Assembly (NCBI RefSeq): GCF_009914755.1 | Contig: NC_060948.1 | Length of the DNA: 64,000 nucleotides | Source of the DNA: the human T2T-CHM13v2.0 reference genome, Homo sapiens | Strand: one strand, 5' to 3' | Part shown: positions 48,675 to 64,000 of the stretch, piece by piece | How the letters are laid out: every line of letters starts with the position of its first letter | Numbering within the stretch: the first letter of the stretch is position 1 | Position numbers and translations under genes: made by a program | The notes under the pieces: model-generated | The model's database searches: none | What the model was told of the DNA's origin: nothing | Seen by the model: only the letters and a program-made list of their open reading frames with translations

Positions 48675-50203
48675 TCCAGAAACGGGCCTGCGAAACACCA
48701 AAGGAAAGAATGTTGTGCAGGATCCAGTCATCCCACCGCTTGGTGTGTGCCCAAAGGAAAGGAAATCAGCCCATCAATGGGATACCTGCACCCCCTGTGC
48801 ACTGCCAACACTACTAACAGTTTCCAAGATATAGAATCAACCCATGTGTCAATCAACAGATGAGCGTATCAAGCAAATGTGGCATAGACACACAATGGAA
48901 TAGTATGCAGCCATGAAAAAGGAAATCCTGCCATTTGCAGCAACATGGATGGGACTGGAAGATACAATGTGAAGTCAAATGAACCAGGCACAGAGAGACA
49001 AATACTGTATCATCTCGTATGTAGAATCTAAAAAAGCTGAACGCATAAACGCAGAGAGTGCAATGGTGGTTGCCAGGGAAGAATGCTTCATGAAGTGTTT
49101 GTCAAAGAACATAAAATTTCAGTTGGAGGCCAGGAGCAGTGGCTCATGTCTGGAATCACAATGCTATGGAAGGCTGAGGAAGGAGGATCACTGGAGGCCA
49201 AGAGTTTGAGACAAGCCTGGGCAACATAATGAAACCGCATCTTTAAAAAAAAAAAAAAAATTAGCTGGGTATGGTAGCATGCACCTGCAGTCCCAGCTAC
49301 TTGGGAGGCTGAGGCAGGAGGATCGCTTCAGCCCAGGAATTCAAGACCAGCCTGAGCAACATAGCAAGACCCCATCTCTGCAAAAAACTTAAAAAATTAA
49401 CCAGGTGTGGTGGTGTGCACCTGTAGTCCCAGCTACCTGGGAGGCTGTGGTGGGAGGGTCACCTGAGCCAGGAGTTGGAGGCTGCCATGAGCTATGAACA
49501 TGATGCTGCACTCCAGCCTGGGTGATAGGGTGAGACTGTCTCAAAAAAAATAAATTACATTAAAATTAAATTTTTCCAGTTAGATAGAAGAAATAAATTC
49601 AAAGTTCTACCACACCACACAGTGATTATCATTAATAATAATACATTGCGTTTTTCAAAATGACTAAAAGTAGATTTTACACATTCTCACCACAAAAAAA
49701 AGTAGGTGAGGTGATATAGGTCAGAGTTAGGATTATGTGAATATGTTAATTAGCTTGTTAATATGTTAATTAGCTTGAATGTTAATGTGTTAATTAGCTT
49801 GATTATTGATATGTTAATTAGGTTAATAATATGGTAACCAGCTTGATTTAATCATTGCACAATGTGTACTCGGATTAAAACATCACGTTGTACCTCCTAT
49901 ATATGTATACAATTATTTTCTATAAAATAATTCTATAAAGATAGCTCGCATTTCCAGGCAGAAAGCAAAACAAGTCCCAGTTTCGAGGACAGCTGTGACA
50001 TATTTAATGGTGTCTCCTCTTAATTCAACAGTTTATATGACCATGACACAAGGGGCTCCAAGTTTCCAAGGAAAGGATTCCAGTTATGTGCTCAAGGTGT
50101 ATCCACACTGGGCTGGTCGCGGTGGCTCACGCCTGTCATCCCAGCACTTTGGGAGGCTGAGGCGGGTGGATCACCTGAGGTCAGGAGTTCCAGACCAGCT
50201 TTA

Positions 50204-50389
<186 letters not shown>

Positions 50390-50548
50390 TTAAAAAAAAA
50401 AAATGGTATCCACACTGCAGCATGGACCAGAAGAGATGACCTTCCAGTGAGCACACGAGGTCGTCTCACAAAGCGGCGAGTGTTCCCAGTTATTACTCGG
50501 AGGGCTGGGCCTGCTCAGGAGGGTTGGTGAGATCAGGCTGTCCCCTAA

Positions 50549-51174
<626 letters not shown>

Positions 51175-52161
51175 TAGGCACAGGATCTCGCTGTTTGCCC
51201 AGGCTGATCTCAAACTCAGGCTCAAAAATCATCCTCCTGCCTCAGCCTCCCAAAGTGCTGGGATGACAGGTGTGAGCCATTGTGCCCGGTCTCATACCAT
51301 TTTTGTATCATGAAACTTTATTATTCTTTGCATTTCTTTCCCTCAAGAATTTAAACATGTAAGAAGCAAACCAACACCTTTTAAAACCTAAACATAATTC
51401 TTAGCTTGTGGATACAGTTTTGGAAGCAATTTAAATTCTAGAAATCCTGCAGTAACTGCCTATTTGATACGTTCTCAGAGTTCCTGCCTTTCCAGTTAAA
51501 CACAAATAAAATAGGAGTCCGGTGACCTCGAACACCCCAGGGTAAGAACGCACAAGCTAAAAGCCAGTTGGAGCCTGAATGTGAAAAGGCAATCATTCCT
51601 TCTGCATCAAAACATCTGCACCCACGGGTCCACCCGTCAGCCAAAAGCCACCTCAGCAATGCTACCAAAACAGGGAAAAGAAAGGCTACCCTCTTTCTTT
51701 CATGCAAGCCCTCTAAGATAACGCACAACCTACTAGCTCACGTAAATTAGGGCACAAAGAACCCAACTGAAATCCTGGCAGAACAAGCACAACTTCTGCT
51801 TAATCGTGAACTCATTTATTTATTTATTTAGAGACAGGGTCTCACTCTTTTGCCCAGGCTGCACGACAGTGATGCAATCTCAGCTCACTGCAGCCTCGAC
51901 TTTCCGGGCTCCAGCGATCCTCCCACCTCAGTCTCCCAAGTAGCTGTGATCACACATGCGTGCCACCATGTTTGGCTAATTTTTATTATTATTATTATTA
52001 TTTTTAGAGGCAGCATCTCTTGCTTTATTTTCCAGGCTGGAGTGCAGTGGTATGTTCACAGCTCACTGCAGCCTCCAACTCCCAAGCTCAAGTGATCCTC
52101 CCACCTTCGCCTCCTGAGTAGCTGGGACTGACTACAGACATGCGCCTCCATGCCTGGCTAA

Positions 52162-52386
<225 letters not shown>

Positions 52387-52690
52387 TGACAAAAACCTCA
52401 CGTGTGTTACCTAAAGAAACACAGAGCCCAGAGTGTGCGATCTGAGCTGTTTCTCAAACCAGGACAAATAAGTGGATTCCAATTGGTGCCTCGAGAAAAA
52501 AAAGGGAAAAAGTGGCAAAAAAAAAAAAAAAAAAAAGTAGTTTCAACAAAGTCCAGCGGTTATTTTTGGAAGGCCCACTCACCAAGAACAGTGTTTACAT
52601 TCGTACATCTTTTTTCTGAATTTCTTAATGGTTGGGGGAAAAAAAGAAGTCAACAGAGCAATAATATTTCTTGACACAACATTTATATAA

Positions 52691-52918
<228 letters not shown>

Positions 52919-54194
52919 TGAACTCCTGACCTCAGGCGATCCACCCGCCTCGGCCTCCCAAAGTGCTGGGATGGCAGATGTGAGCCACCACACCCAGCAA
53001 TGGATGCTTTTAGACACAACGGCAAAACTAAGTTGTTGAGAGACAGAGAATGCATGGTCCGCGGAGCCAAAAATATTTCCTCTCTGACCCCTTAAAGTTG
53101 ACACCATCAGGGTACTCATGCCAAGGACCTCCCGCATCTGACTGCAACACAAAAGGACAGGCAGCCGCAGCTAGGAAGGAGCCTGGCTGCAAAGCCCTGA
53201 AACCCGAAAGCTTCCCAGAAGTTGCTCAGAAAGGAACTCATGCAGTTTGAGAAAATCTGGAAGAAACGAGCCAAACCCTGCTGTTTTCGTCGTCTGAAGA
53301 AATGAGCAAAACACTGCCGTTTTGCTGCAGACGGTCCTGTGAGAGTTTGCATTCTCTGTTCACCAGGCAGGGGCATGGCGAGTTCATTTTATAAAACTCT
53401 CAGGTGAGCCCCACGATTTGACGGAGCAGAAATCACTGGGAAAGGACGGGGCGGCGGGCCTGAGATCACAGAGGGGAAAACAGTAGAACTGCTGCCCAAG
53501 CACATCTGAGACTCGCAGAAGGCGCAGGAAGATGGTCGGAACAAAAGCAGGAGCTGGCTGCGCCAGGAATCCGGTCTCTGGGCCTCCTCTGCACTCACGA
53601 GCAAATGAACGTCACCACCGAGATTTCGGCACCCCAGAAACAGCCCAACCGGCTCCTTCCCACCAGCTGCCTCTTTACTAAAACATCCGAAACCTTTTTC
53701 TCACTTTCCCCAAGCTGTTTTCCTCACCCTTCAGAGGCCTGCTGGGAAAACAGTTCGAAGCAGGCAATTCTGCAAAGTGGGGGGGAAACAAAAACAACCA
53801 GCTCAGAGTTAGGGCTGTGCAGCCAGATGCAAGCGTGAAAACAAAACCGAACCGAAAAATCCCACCACTGTGCGGAAGGAGTGCCACACAGGCTGGGATG
53901 AGAACCGTCGGGGTTAGGGAAATGTCTCTGTAAGAAACCCTCAAGGACTAGAATTACTCCTAATGGGAAAAACGTGTAAACATGTCCCACTTAAATGAAC
54001 ATCACGATGCAAATGCTTAGTTATGAGGACTGAAAATGAACCCCTTTCAACCCAAAACGTGCAAGAAAGAGAAATTTCGGCATTTTAATGATGCCCAAGG
54101 ACAGGCAGTCAACCAACAGCACTTGGAAAGGGCAAGTCTGGGCAGAGGTGCACATCCCGGCCTTCCTGTGTTTCTTGGGGGCCATTGTTTTCTC

Positions 54195-54808
54195 AGGAGG
54201 GAGGAAAAGAGGGAGGGAGGAAGGAAAAAGGGATGGAAGGAAAACGAAAGAGGAAGGGAGGGAGGGAGAAAAGGGAGGGAGGGACAGAGGGAGGGAGGAA
54301 AGGAAGGAAGGAGGAAGGGAGGGAGACAGGGAGGGACAGAGGGAAGGAAGGAGGGAGGGAGGAGAGGGAAGGAGGGAGGGAGGGATGGGGGAAGGAGGGA
54401 GGGGAGGAAAGGGAGGCAGAGAGGGAGGGGAGGGAGGGAACGGAGAGAAGGAAGGGAGAAAAGGGAGAGAAGGGAGGGAAGGAAGGGAGAGAAGGAAGGA
54501 AGGGAGAAAAGGGAGAGAAGGGAGAGAAGGAAGGAAGGGAGAGAAGGAAGGAAGGGAGAGAAGGAAGGAAGGGAGAGAAGGAAGGAAGGGAGAGAAAGAA
54601 AGAAGGGAAGGGAGGGAAGGAAGGGAGAGAAGAAGAGACAAGGATGGGAGGGAAGGAAGGAAGGAAAGAAGGAAGAAAGGAAGGATTTGTTGGCTGAAGA
54701 AGAGAGGGAGGGTTGGACGGAAGGAGGAGGGAAGGAAGAGACCATGTGAGAGGAGGTGAGGAAGACAGGAAGAGAGGGGTGATAAGGAGGCTGGGGGGAG
54801 AGGGAAGG
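54195..54808 (+). repeat. Purine-rich (GGAA/GGGA/GAGAA)n low-complexity tract
   Basis: ~600 bp almost entirely G and A on the plus strand. Confidence 0.95.
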
Positions 54809-55191
54809 CGCTGATGCCATCCGGATCCATCCAGGCTGCCTCGTCCATGGGGCCTCCGTTTATACAACTATCCACTAAGTGAAGGAACCGGCAAAAATCT
54901 CTGCTCCCGGGGAACACTTTCACCAGCTGCCGGCTTTATTCACTCAGAAATTTTGATGCCAAAACACCCGAAAGTACATCATAACTTGAGGATTTACAGA
55001 CAAGAAAGAGGAGCACAGAACTGACCGTGGGTGCCCTGGAAAAAGTTGCTTTCAACAAGGACCACAACAAAAATAAAAATAATAATAATGATAAACCTCC
55101 CTCCACTCCCAGGATCAAGGGGTTCAGACAAACTGCAGTCCAGACGGACACGCGGCAGACAAATGAATGAGGAGCTAATGCATTGCTCTGG

Positions 55192-55197
55192 TTTATT
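55192..55197 (-). terminator. ZBED1: Polyadenylation signal AATAAA (probable main ZBED1 PAS); second AATAAA at 54940-54935
   Basis: Plus-strand tttatt at 55192-55197, followed on the minus strand by U/GU-rich sequence (cattcatttgtctg). Confidence 0.65.
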
Positions 55198-56072
55198 GAA
55201 CAACAGTCCAACTTTACAGCATTAAATAAGGGGCAACCGTTCAGGAGGGGAACGATGGCTTAAAAATAAAAATGAAGACAGAGCCGGGACAGTTCACATT
55301 TCCACGTGAGTGAGGAAAAGCGAAGGATTGTTAGAGACGTGAAGAGAACGCTGGCAATGCTACAGAATGGAGCCCACGGAGGCGTGGGCTGCCCTGCGTC
55401 CCCGGCCTCGGGGCAGAACAGGGAGCAACCCCAAAGCCTGCCCCACTGTGTCCCTTCCAGCTGCCCTTCTGCCGAGAACACCCGGAGCTGAGGGTTCCAA
55501 GTTCACGGCGGAACCGCTTCCCTTAAAAAGAAAGCAAAGGTTACGTAGATTTCTCCCGTGCTTCCTTTTCCACAGACTTAAACCGGCTCAGGACGTAAGG
55601 ATAACATTCTGTGCTGCTTGCAGCCCTGAGAAGTCAGCAGCCGTGAAAGGCAGGTAGTTCCTTTGCCCTCTGACACCCCGAGTTCTTGGGGTCTCGGCAG
55701 AACACTGCCTGGAGCTGAGTGGGGTCATCCCTCCTAGACACCGTTCTCCCCAGCCCAGCTTGTCTTCACGGAGGCAGAGAACCCGCTGCACGTAGAATCC
55801 AAGCAATATGCTAAGCCTCCTGAAGTATTTTTCCTCCAGTTAAAAAGCAGTTCTACATGTTGGAAAACGTCTTTCTGTTTCCCTGAATGACTGAAAGCAA
55901 CTCGCAGGAATCCAGCCACGGAAAACCCCTCCGGGGGCAATATTTTAAAATTCATTTCCCCTATGGTATTCAGTTTAAAAGAGAAGAATCAAGAGTCCTT
56001 TCCGGTAATCAAATCAAAAACACCTTATGTGGAAAAGCTGGCCGCACGGGGGAACTGGACTTTTAGGGCTGA

Positions 56073-56370
<298 letters not shown>

Positions 56371-56934
56371 ACCGCCCAGTTTTAAGGACCAACTCCGCAA
56401 AGTGAAATTTCGGCAGGCAGCAGGAAGCAGGCTCTCTGGCAGCGACCTGTCGAAAATACAACACATTCCACACTTTTTTTTCTGTTTGCTTTTTGTTAAG
56501 TGTCTGCATTTTTGTACTCATCTGTCACATTTTTAACCGAACATTAAAAAAAAAGGTCTCTCTTTTTAAGAAGGGCATTTTGGCTAAAAGGTCTCTTCCC
56601 CATTTCTCAGAAGCAAGAGGTCCCTGCTTGCACGAGAATGTAAACATGAATTCAGTGATCTGGACCTCGCAGAAGTCACACATGATGATCGGGAAAGGCT
56701 CCTTCGACGCCACCCAGAATGTTCCTGCGTTTCTTCTAAACCCTCCCAGGGAGAACTCGAATCAGACATGGTGGAGGTCTTAAGTATCTGTGAAGGAAGG
56801 AACAGCTCCTCTAGGCTCTGCTGCACGCAATTCCCAAGCAGAAGCGTTGGCAGTTCCCAAGCAGAAGTCGTCCGGGCCCCGGGAATAGGGGAGGAAAGGA
56901 AACCCACTCAAAGCCACCTCTCTTGTGTCTTCTT

Positions 56935-57218
56935 TTTTCTTTTTGAGAGAGTCTCGCTCTTGTCGCCCAGGCTGGAGTGCAGCGATCTCAGCTTACTGCA
57001 ACCTCCACCTCCCAGGTTCAAGCGATTCTCTGGCCTCAGCCTCCAGAAGCTGGGATTACAGGCACATGCCATCAGTCCTGGCTAATTTTTGTATTTTTAG
57101 TAGAGACGGGGTTTCGCCATGTTGGCCAGGCTGGTCTCGATCTCCTGACCTCAGCTGATCTGCCCACCTCGGCCTCCCAAAGTGCTGCGATTATAGACAG
57201 GAGCCACCGCCCCCGACC
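56935..57218 (-). mobile_element. AluS in ZBED1 3' UTR
   Basis: Antisense Alu on the plus strand. Confidence 0.88.
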
Positions 57219-57378
57219 CTCTCTCACTTCTCGAATCTCTTTCCTTTTTCCACCTTCTAGGTGTCAAAGACAGTGGATGGTCTCTGAGGTTCAAAACCAA
57301 GCTGACCGGGTAAGTATTTACAGCAAAGCATCCAATGGGCTGCTGCGGGGATGACTTGTAAGACAACACGCTTCCTCG

Positions 57379-59463
57379 CTACAGGAAGCTGCTGTCCCTA
57401 ATGCCAAAGAAACCGCCGCTGACGCCATCCCCCAAGGAGAACACCTGCTCCTGGTCCAGGCCCCACTCCCCCTCGTCCTGGTCCTCGGGTTCCGCCTCTG
57501 CCCCACTCCGGGCGTTCTCATACAGAAACACCTGCTCGTCCACGTGCGCGGGAGCCAGCCGGTTCCTCTTGGCGCTGACCACGTTGGCGGCGGATCCGAA
57601 GAGACGCTCAGGGGCGACGCGCGTGGCCGTCACGCACCAGTACTTCTGCAGCACCTTGGGCAGCAGGGGGAAGAGGGCCAGGCGGTCTGACCACCACTTG
57701 AGGGGGTCTTCGTTGAGGCCAAGCACCTTCTGGGACTTGAAGTTGCTCAGCTCCTCCACCACCTGGGCATGCCACTCTTCCTGGTCCTCCACGCCGCCTG
57801 TCTGGCAGAAGATCTCGGCCAGCATGTTGTTGATGACGCTGGCGGGCGGCGGCGTGGATGTCCGCATGAGCTTCTTGACGGGAGGCTCCTCGGGCACCGG
57901 GAAGATCTTGTCCTCAGCCGGCCGGTAGCCGCCGTCTTTGACCTTGTCCAGCAGGCCCTTGGCCTCTTCCACCACGCGATTCTCCACCTGCTGCCGCTCG
58001 AAGGCGGAGAGGAAGGGCAGCCTCTTGTAGCGGGGGTCCAGGAAGGTGGCCACGTTGAGAAACATGTCGATCTCGGGCGTCTCCTGGTAGGTCTTGGAAA
58101 GCTCCTTGGCGATGACCTCCTTGGCCATGCTGAGCTCCTTGGAGTCGGTCTCCTTGATGTTGAGCGTGGTGTTCAGGAGCATGTGCAGCAGCGGCTTCAC
58201 CATGCTGATGGTGGGGTACCTGGAGGCCGACAGCATCTCGGCCACCTGCTTGAAGGGCTGCAGGAGCTCCACCAGCCCCTCGATGGTGGCCCACTCGCTG
58301 GCCTCCAGCATGAGGTGGTGGTTGTTGCTGTCCTCCACCAAGACCCCGGCGATGACGAACTGCTGCTCCTTGAGGCGCTGCAGCATGGCCAGCGTGCTCC
58401 CCCACCAGGAGACGCGGTTGCTCACCAGCATGCAGTGGGCCACGTTCTGCTGCTTCTGCTTCTCATAGAGCATGTACATGGCCACGGCAGACTGCTGGAA
58501 GTACTCCACCAGTTTGCGGCAGCGCGACAGCAGCGCCCCCAGCTTCGGGAGCTGGAAGGCCTGCTGGATGCCGGCATTGAAGGTGTGGCCCAGGCAGGGC
58601 ATGTGCACTGCGACGTCCAGCAGGGAGCACGCCTTCACGATGTCCTTGCCATAGTTGGTGGTGGCCCCGAAGACCTTGGCGCTGATGCCCCACTCGATGA
58701 AGACCTCATAGAGCACTCGCGTGATGGTCTCCGCCGTGTTCTCTTCGGGCACCTCGAAGGTCTTCAGGCAGCGGGAGCCCATGGACAGGCAGTTGGGGGC
58801 GCCCAGGCCCAGGAAGTGGGCGGCCAGCGTGACGTAGGCGCGGTTCTGATTCTCACTCCTCCACATGTCGGTGGAGATGCCACACCAGGTGGCCTCGGCC
58901 AGCTCCTTCAGGATCACCTCCCGGACGGCCCCGTACTTCTCAGGGATGGCCTTGGTAGAGATGTACTTCCGGCTGGGCAGCTCATACCGGGGGTCGGCCG
59001 TCTTCAGCAGCACCTTGAAGGTGGGCTCGTCCACGATGGAGGCTGGGTACAGCCCCTCGCAGATGAGGCCCAGCACGGCGGCCGTCAGCTCCTGCTGCTT
59101 CTTGCTGTCGTAGCCGTGGCCGGCCTTGACGGCCAGCGCATCCTGCCCGGGCTGCTGGGACGACTCGGGCTTCAGCTTGGAGAAGGCGGTGGCGAAGGCT
59201 TCACGCATCTGCTCCGTGTTGCTCTTGACGAACTCGCAGAATTCCTCGGGGTGGTTCTTCTCCAGGTGGTAGGACAGGTTGGAGGTGTTTCCGGAGTAGG
59301 CGATCTGGGCCATGCAGATGCGGCAGTAGATTTTCTTCCACTGCAGGATGCATCCCTCGGCGTTGGTGTCGAAGCCGAAATACTTCCACACCTTGCTCTT
59401 GGCGCGGGGGTGGGCCACCAGCTTCAGGTCTGTCTGGGAGCTCTCCAGGCTTTTATTCTCCAT
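57379..59463 (-). CDS. ZBED1: Zinc finger BED domain-containing protein 1 (hDREF/TRAMP), domesticated hAT-family transposase; intronless CDS, 694 aa
   Basis: Uninterrupted 694-aa ORF with strong start context (gaagcaATGg) and very high GC3. It has an N-terminal BED finger (VWKYF...CRIC...HLEKNH), hAT catalytic-domain motifs (STD199MW, CLGH, WWGST, PE619RLF) and a C-terminal hATC region (DPRYK, PLKWW, KRNRL). Protein recognised as human ZBED1. Confidence 0.98.
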
Positions 59464-59513
59464 TGCTTCTCCACCGGAGCCTGCCTGCTGGACGGCTGCT
59501 CATGCGTGGGGAC

Positions 59514-60223
<710 letters not shown>

Positions 60224-60849
60224 TAGAAGAATCCACAAGTGGCCAGGCAGACCCCCCACTGCCAACCATCACAGCAGGACTCTCTGAATGCCACCTGAGC
60301 TTCATTCACTGCATTAAAGAAGCCAAACAGGACCTCCATCTGACTAAAGCCAGCTTTCCTATGGCTAAGAGGCACTGCACACTCTTCTCAAACTTTATGG
60401 TTTAAAATGAAGCCATGTGGAACGTCACAGGTGCATCCGTGATCTGTAAGCACGTCTGAAGAAGCATGGATTTCTCAATCCCTGGAACTTCTCAAAATGC
60501 CCATTGTGTCCAGTCACACCTGTGGGCAGAAAGGCCCAACTGGGCAAATATCACACACCTGTGCAAACATCAGGCAGTCGGTGTGGAGGCTTAGATGACC
60601 CAGAAGCCAGTCCCCAGGGTTCCTGTTGAGGTTGAATGCTCACACATACAGGCCCTTCCAGCTGCCACTCAGGAGGCCACCTCTGTGACTGGGTTGCCCA
60701 AAATGACAGCTGGGCTTTGTTAAAAGGTGTAATTGTGTCTCCAAGTGTCCAGTACAGTGCTCAGGAGGGTAAATATCAAAATGCACCACCCAGGCACGTT
60801 CAGAGTGTTGGGATACAGTCAGTGCAAGGAGGCATATTTCAATGATGAC

Positions 60850-61635
60850 TATAGTGGGTTGAAAAGCGTCCTCCCCTACCAAAGAAAATCTGTATCCACC
60901 TGGTACTTGTGTATGGGACCTTGTTTGGAAAAAGGGTCTTTGCAGATGTATTAATAATGAAGGTAAGGATCTTTAGATGAGATTATTCTCAATTGAGGTG
61001 GTCCTAAATGCAGTGACCAGTGTCCTTAATAGAAGACAGATGAGGAGACACGGACACACAGGAGAAGACCACATGGAGACAGAGGCCGAGACTGGAGTGA
61101 TGCGGCCACAAACCCAGAACGCCTGGAGCCCCCAGGAGCTGGGAGAGGCAGGAAGGATCCTCCTCTAGAGCCTCCACAATGAACTGGATAAAATCATGGT
61201 GGATTGAACAGTGGCCCGCAGAAAGATCTGTCCACAGCCTAAAGCCCAGGATGTGGAATGAGATCTTACTTGGTTATTAGAAATTTTGTAGATCTCATGA
61301 GTTAAGGATCTGGAGATGAGATCATCCGGGATTTGAGTGAGCCCTAAATGCAGTGACAGATGTCCTTATAAAAGACAGAAGAGGAGACACAGACACAGAG
61401 AAGGCCACATGGAGACAGAGGCAGAGACTAGAGTGATGATGTGGCTGGCCTGAAGCCCAGGGACGCCAGGAGCCCCCAGGAGCTGGGAGAGGCAGGAAGC
61501 ACCCTCCGCGTAAGCCTCCGGAGGGAGCGCAGCCCTGAGACACTTTGATTACAGACTTCTGGCCTCCAGAACTGGGAGAGAATAAGCTATGGTTTTAAGC
61601 CCTCCGGTTTCTGGTACTTTATTAAAGCAAGGTAT
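60850..61635 (+). mobile_element. Two tandem MLT1C-like MaLR LTR copies (~60850-61190 and ~61195-61635)
   Basis: Repeated ccacatggagacagaggc.gagact.gagtgatg and ggagcccccaggagctgggagaggcaggaag in both copies. Confidence 0.75.
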
Positions 61636-62059
61636 TCTGAAGGTTAATTTTGCCCGAAATAATGAGTGGAGGTCTTAGAAAGGCCCCCCGTCTTCACGGG
61701 CAGTCGCGGCCTGCGTTGCTGGCTTTCCGTCAACGGTGCCCGCCCAGTGCTTTTTAGGGAGACGCCGCCACGTGCCAGGTGAGCTGGGCATTGCCAGAGC
61801 CCAGCAGTGCCACTTCCCAAGACTGGGGTGCAAGGAGGGGGGTCCTGTGGCCAATGCCAGCACCCTGGTTTGTTCTAAGGTGCTGAGAGAATGAATAACA
61901 TGACCGGGACTTCCACAAAACGAGGAACCCCCAAACTGCATCTTCTGCAGCCGAGTTAGGGTGGGGCCCCTGGATTACACAGTCAACGGAGGGGGAAAAG
62001 AATCTCAAGAGGCCTCCTAAGTCCGACCTGAGTGACAGGACACAGCTGTATCAGATCCT

Positions 62060-64000
<1,941 letters not shown>

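Noticed and set aside
54021-54923. Several 170-300 aa ORFs on both strands (L/P/S/F-rich or G/R/E/K-rich)
   Set aside because: Translations of the purine-rich low-complexity tract, which lacks stop codons.

Overview
Primate (very likely human) genomic DNA, rich in Alu, L1 and LTR elements. The only supportable protein-coding gene is ZBED1 (hDREF/TRAMP/ALTE), a domesticated hAT transposase. Its single coding exon lies on the minus strand (CDS 59463->57379, 694 aa). From established knowledge this places the window in pseudoautosomal region PAR1 (X/Y), inside a large intron of DHRSX; I recognise no DHRSX exon here. The dominant unexplained structure is a ~39 kb composite tandem-repeat domain (about 13758-52698). 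It holds seven same-orientation arrays of a 50-bp (and 38-bp variant) GC-rich satellite, embedded in repeated modules of unique, L1, Alu and MLT1A sequence. Its history can be read from the sequence: outer duplication breakpoints with a GT microhomology, chimeric Alus with mismatched target-site duplications, and Alu-Alu deletions. Full-length satellite units typically carry CCCTAA, a near-match to the PRDM9 13-mer and a YY1-like core, which is suggestive in an obligate-crossover region but unproven. A second, AT-rich minisatellite (constant ~43-bp block plus variable (ATT)n spacer) starts near 62060 in the ZBED1 intron and runs off the window end. Coordinates were read by eye and are approximate unless exact motifs are quoted. 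Repeat subfamily names come from recalled consensus sequences, not a database search.
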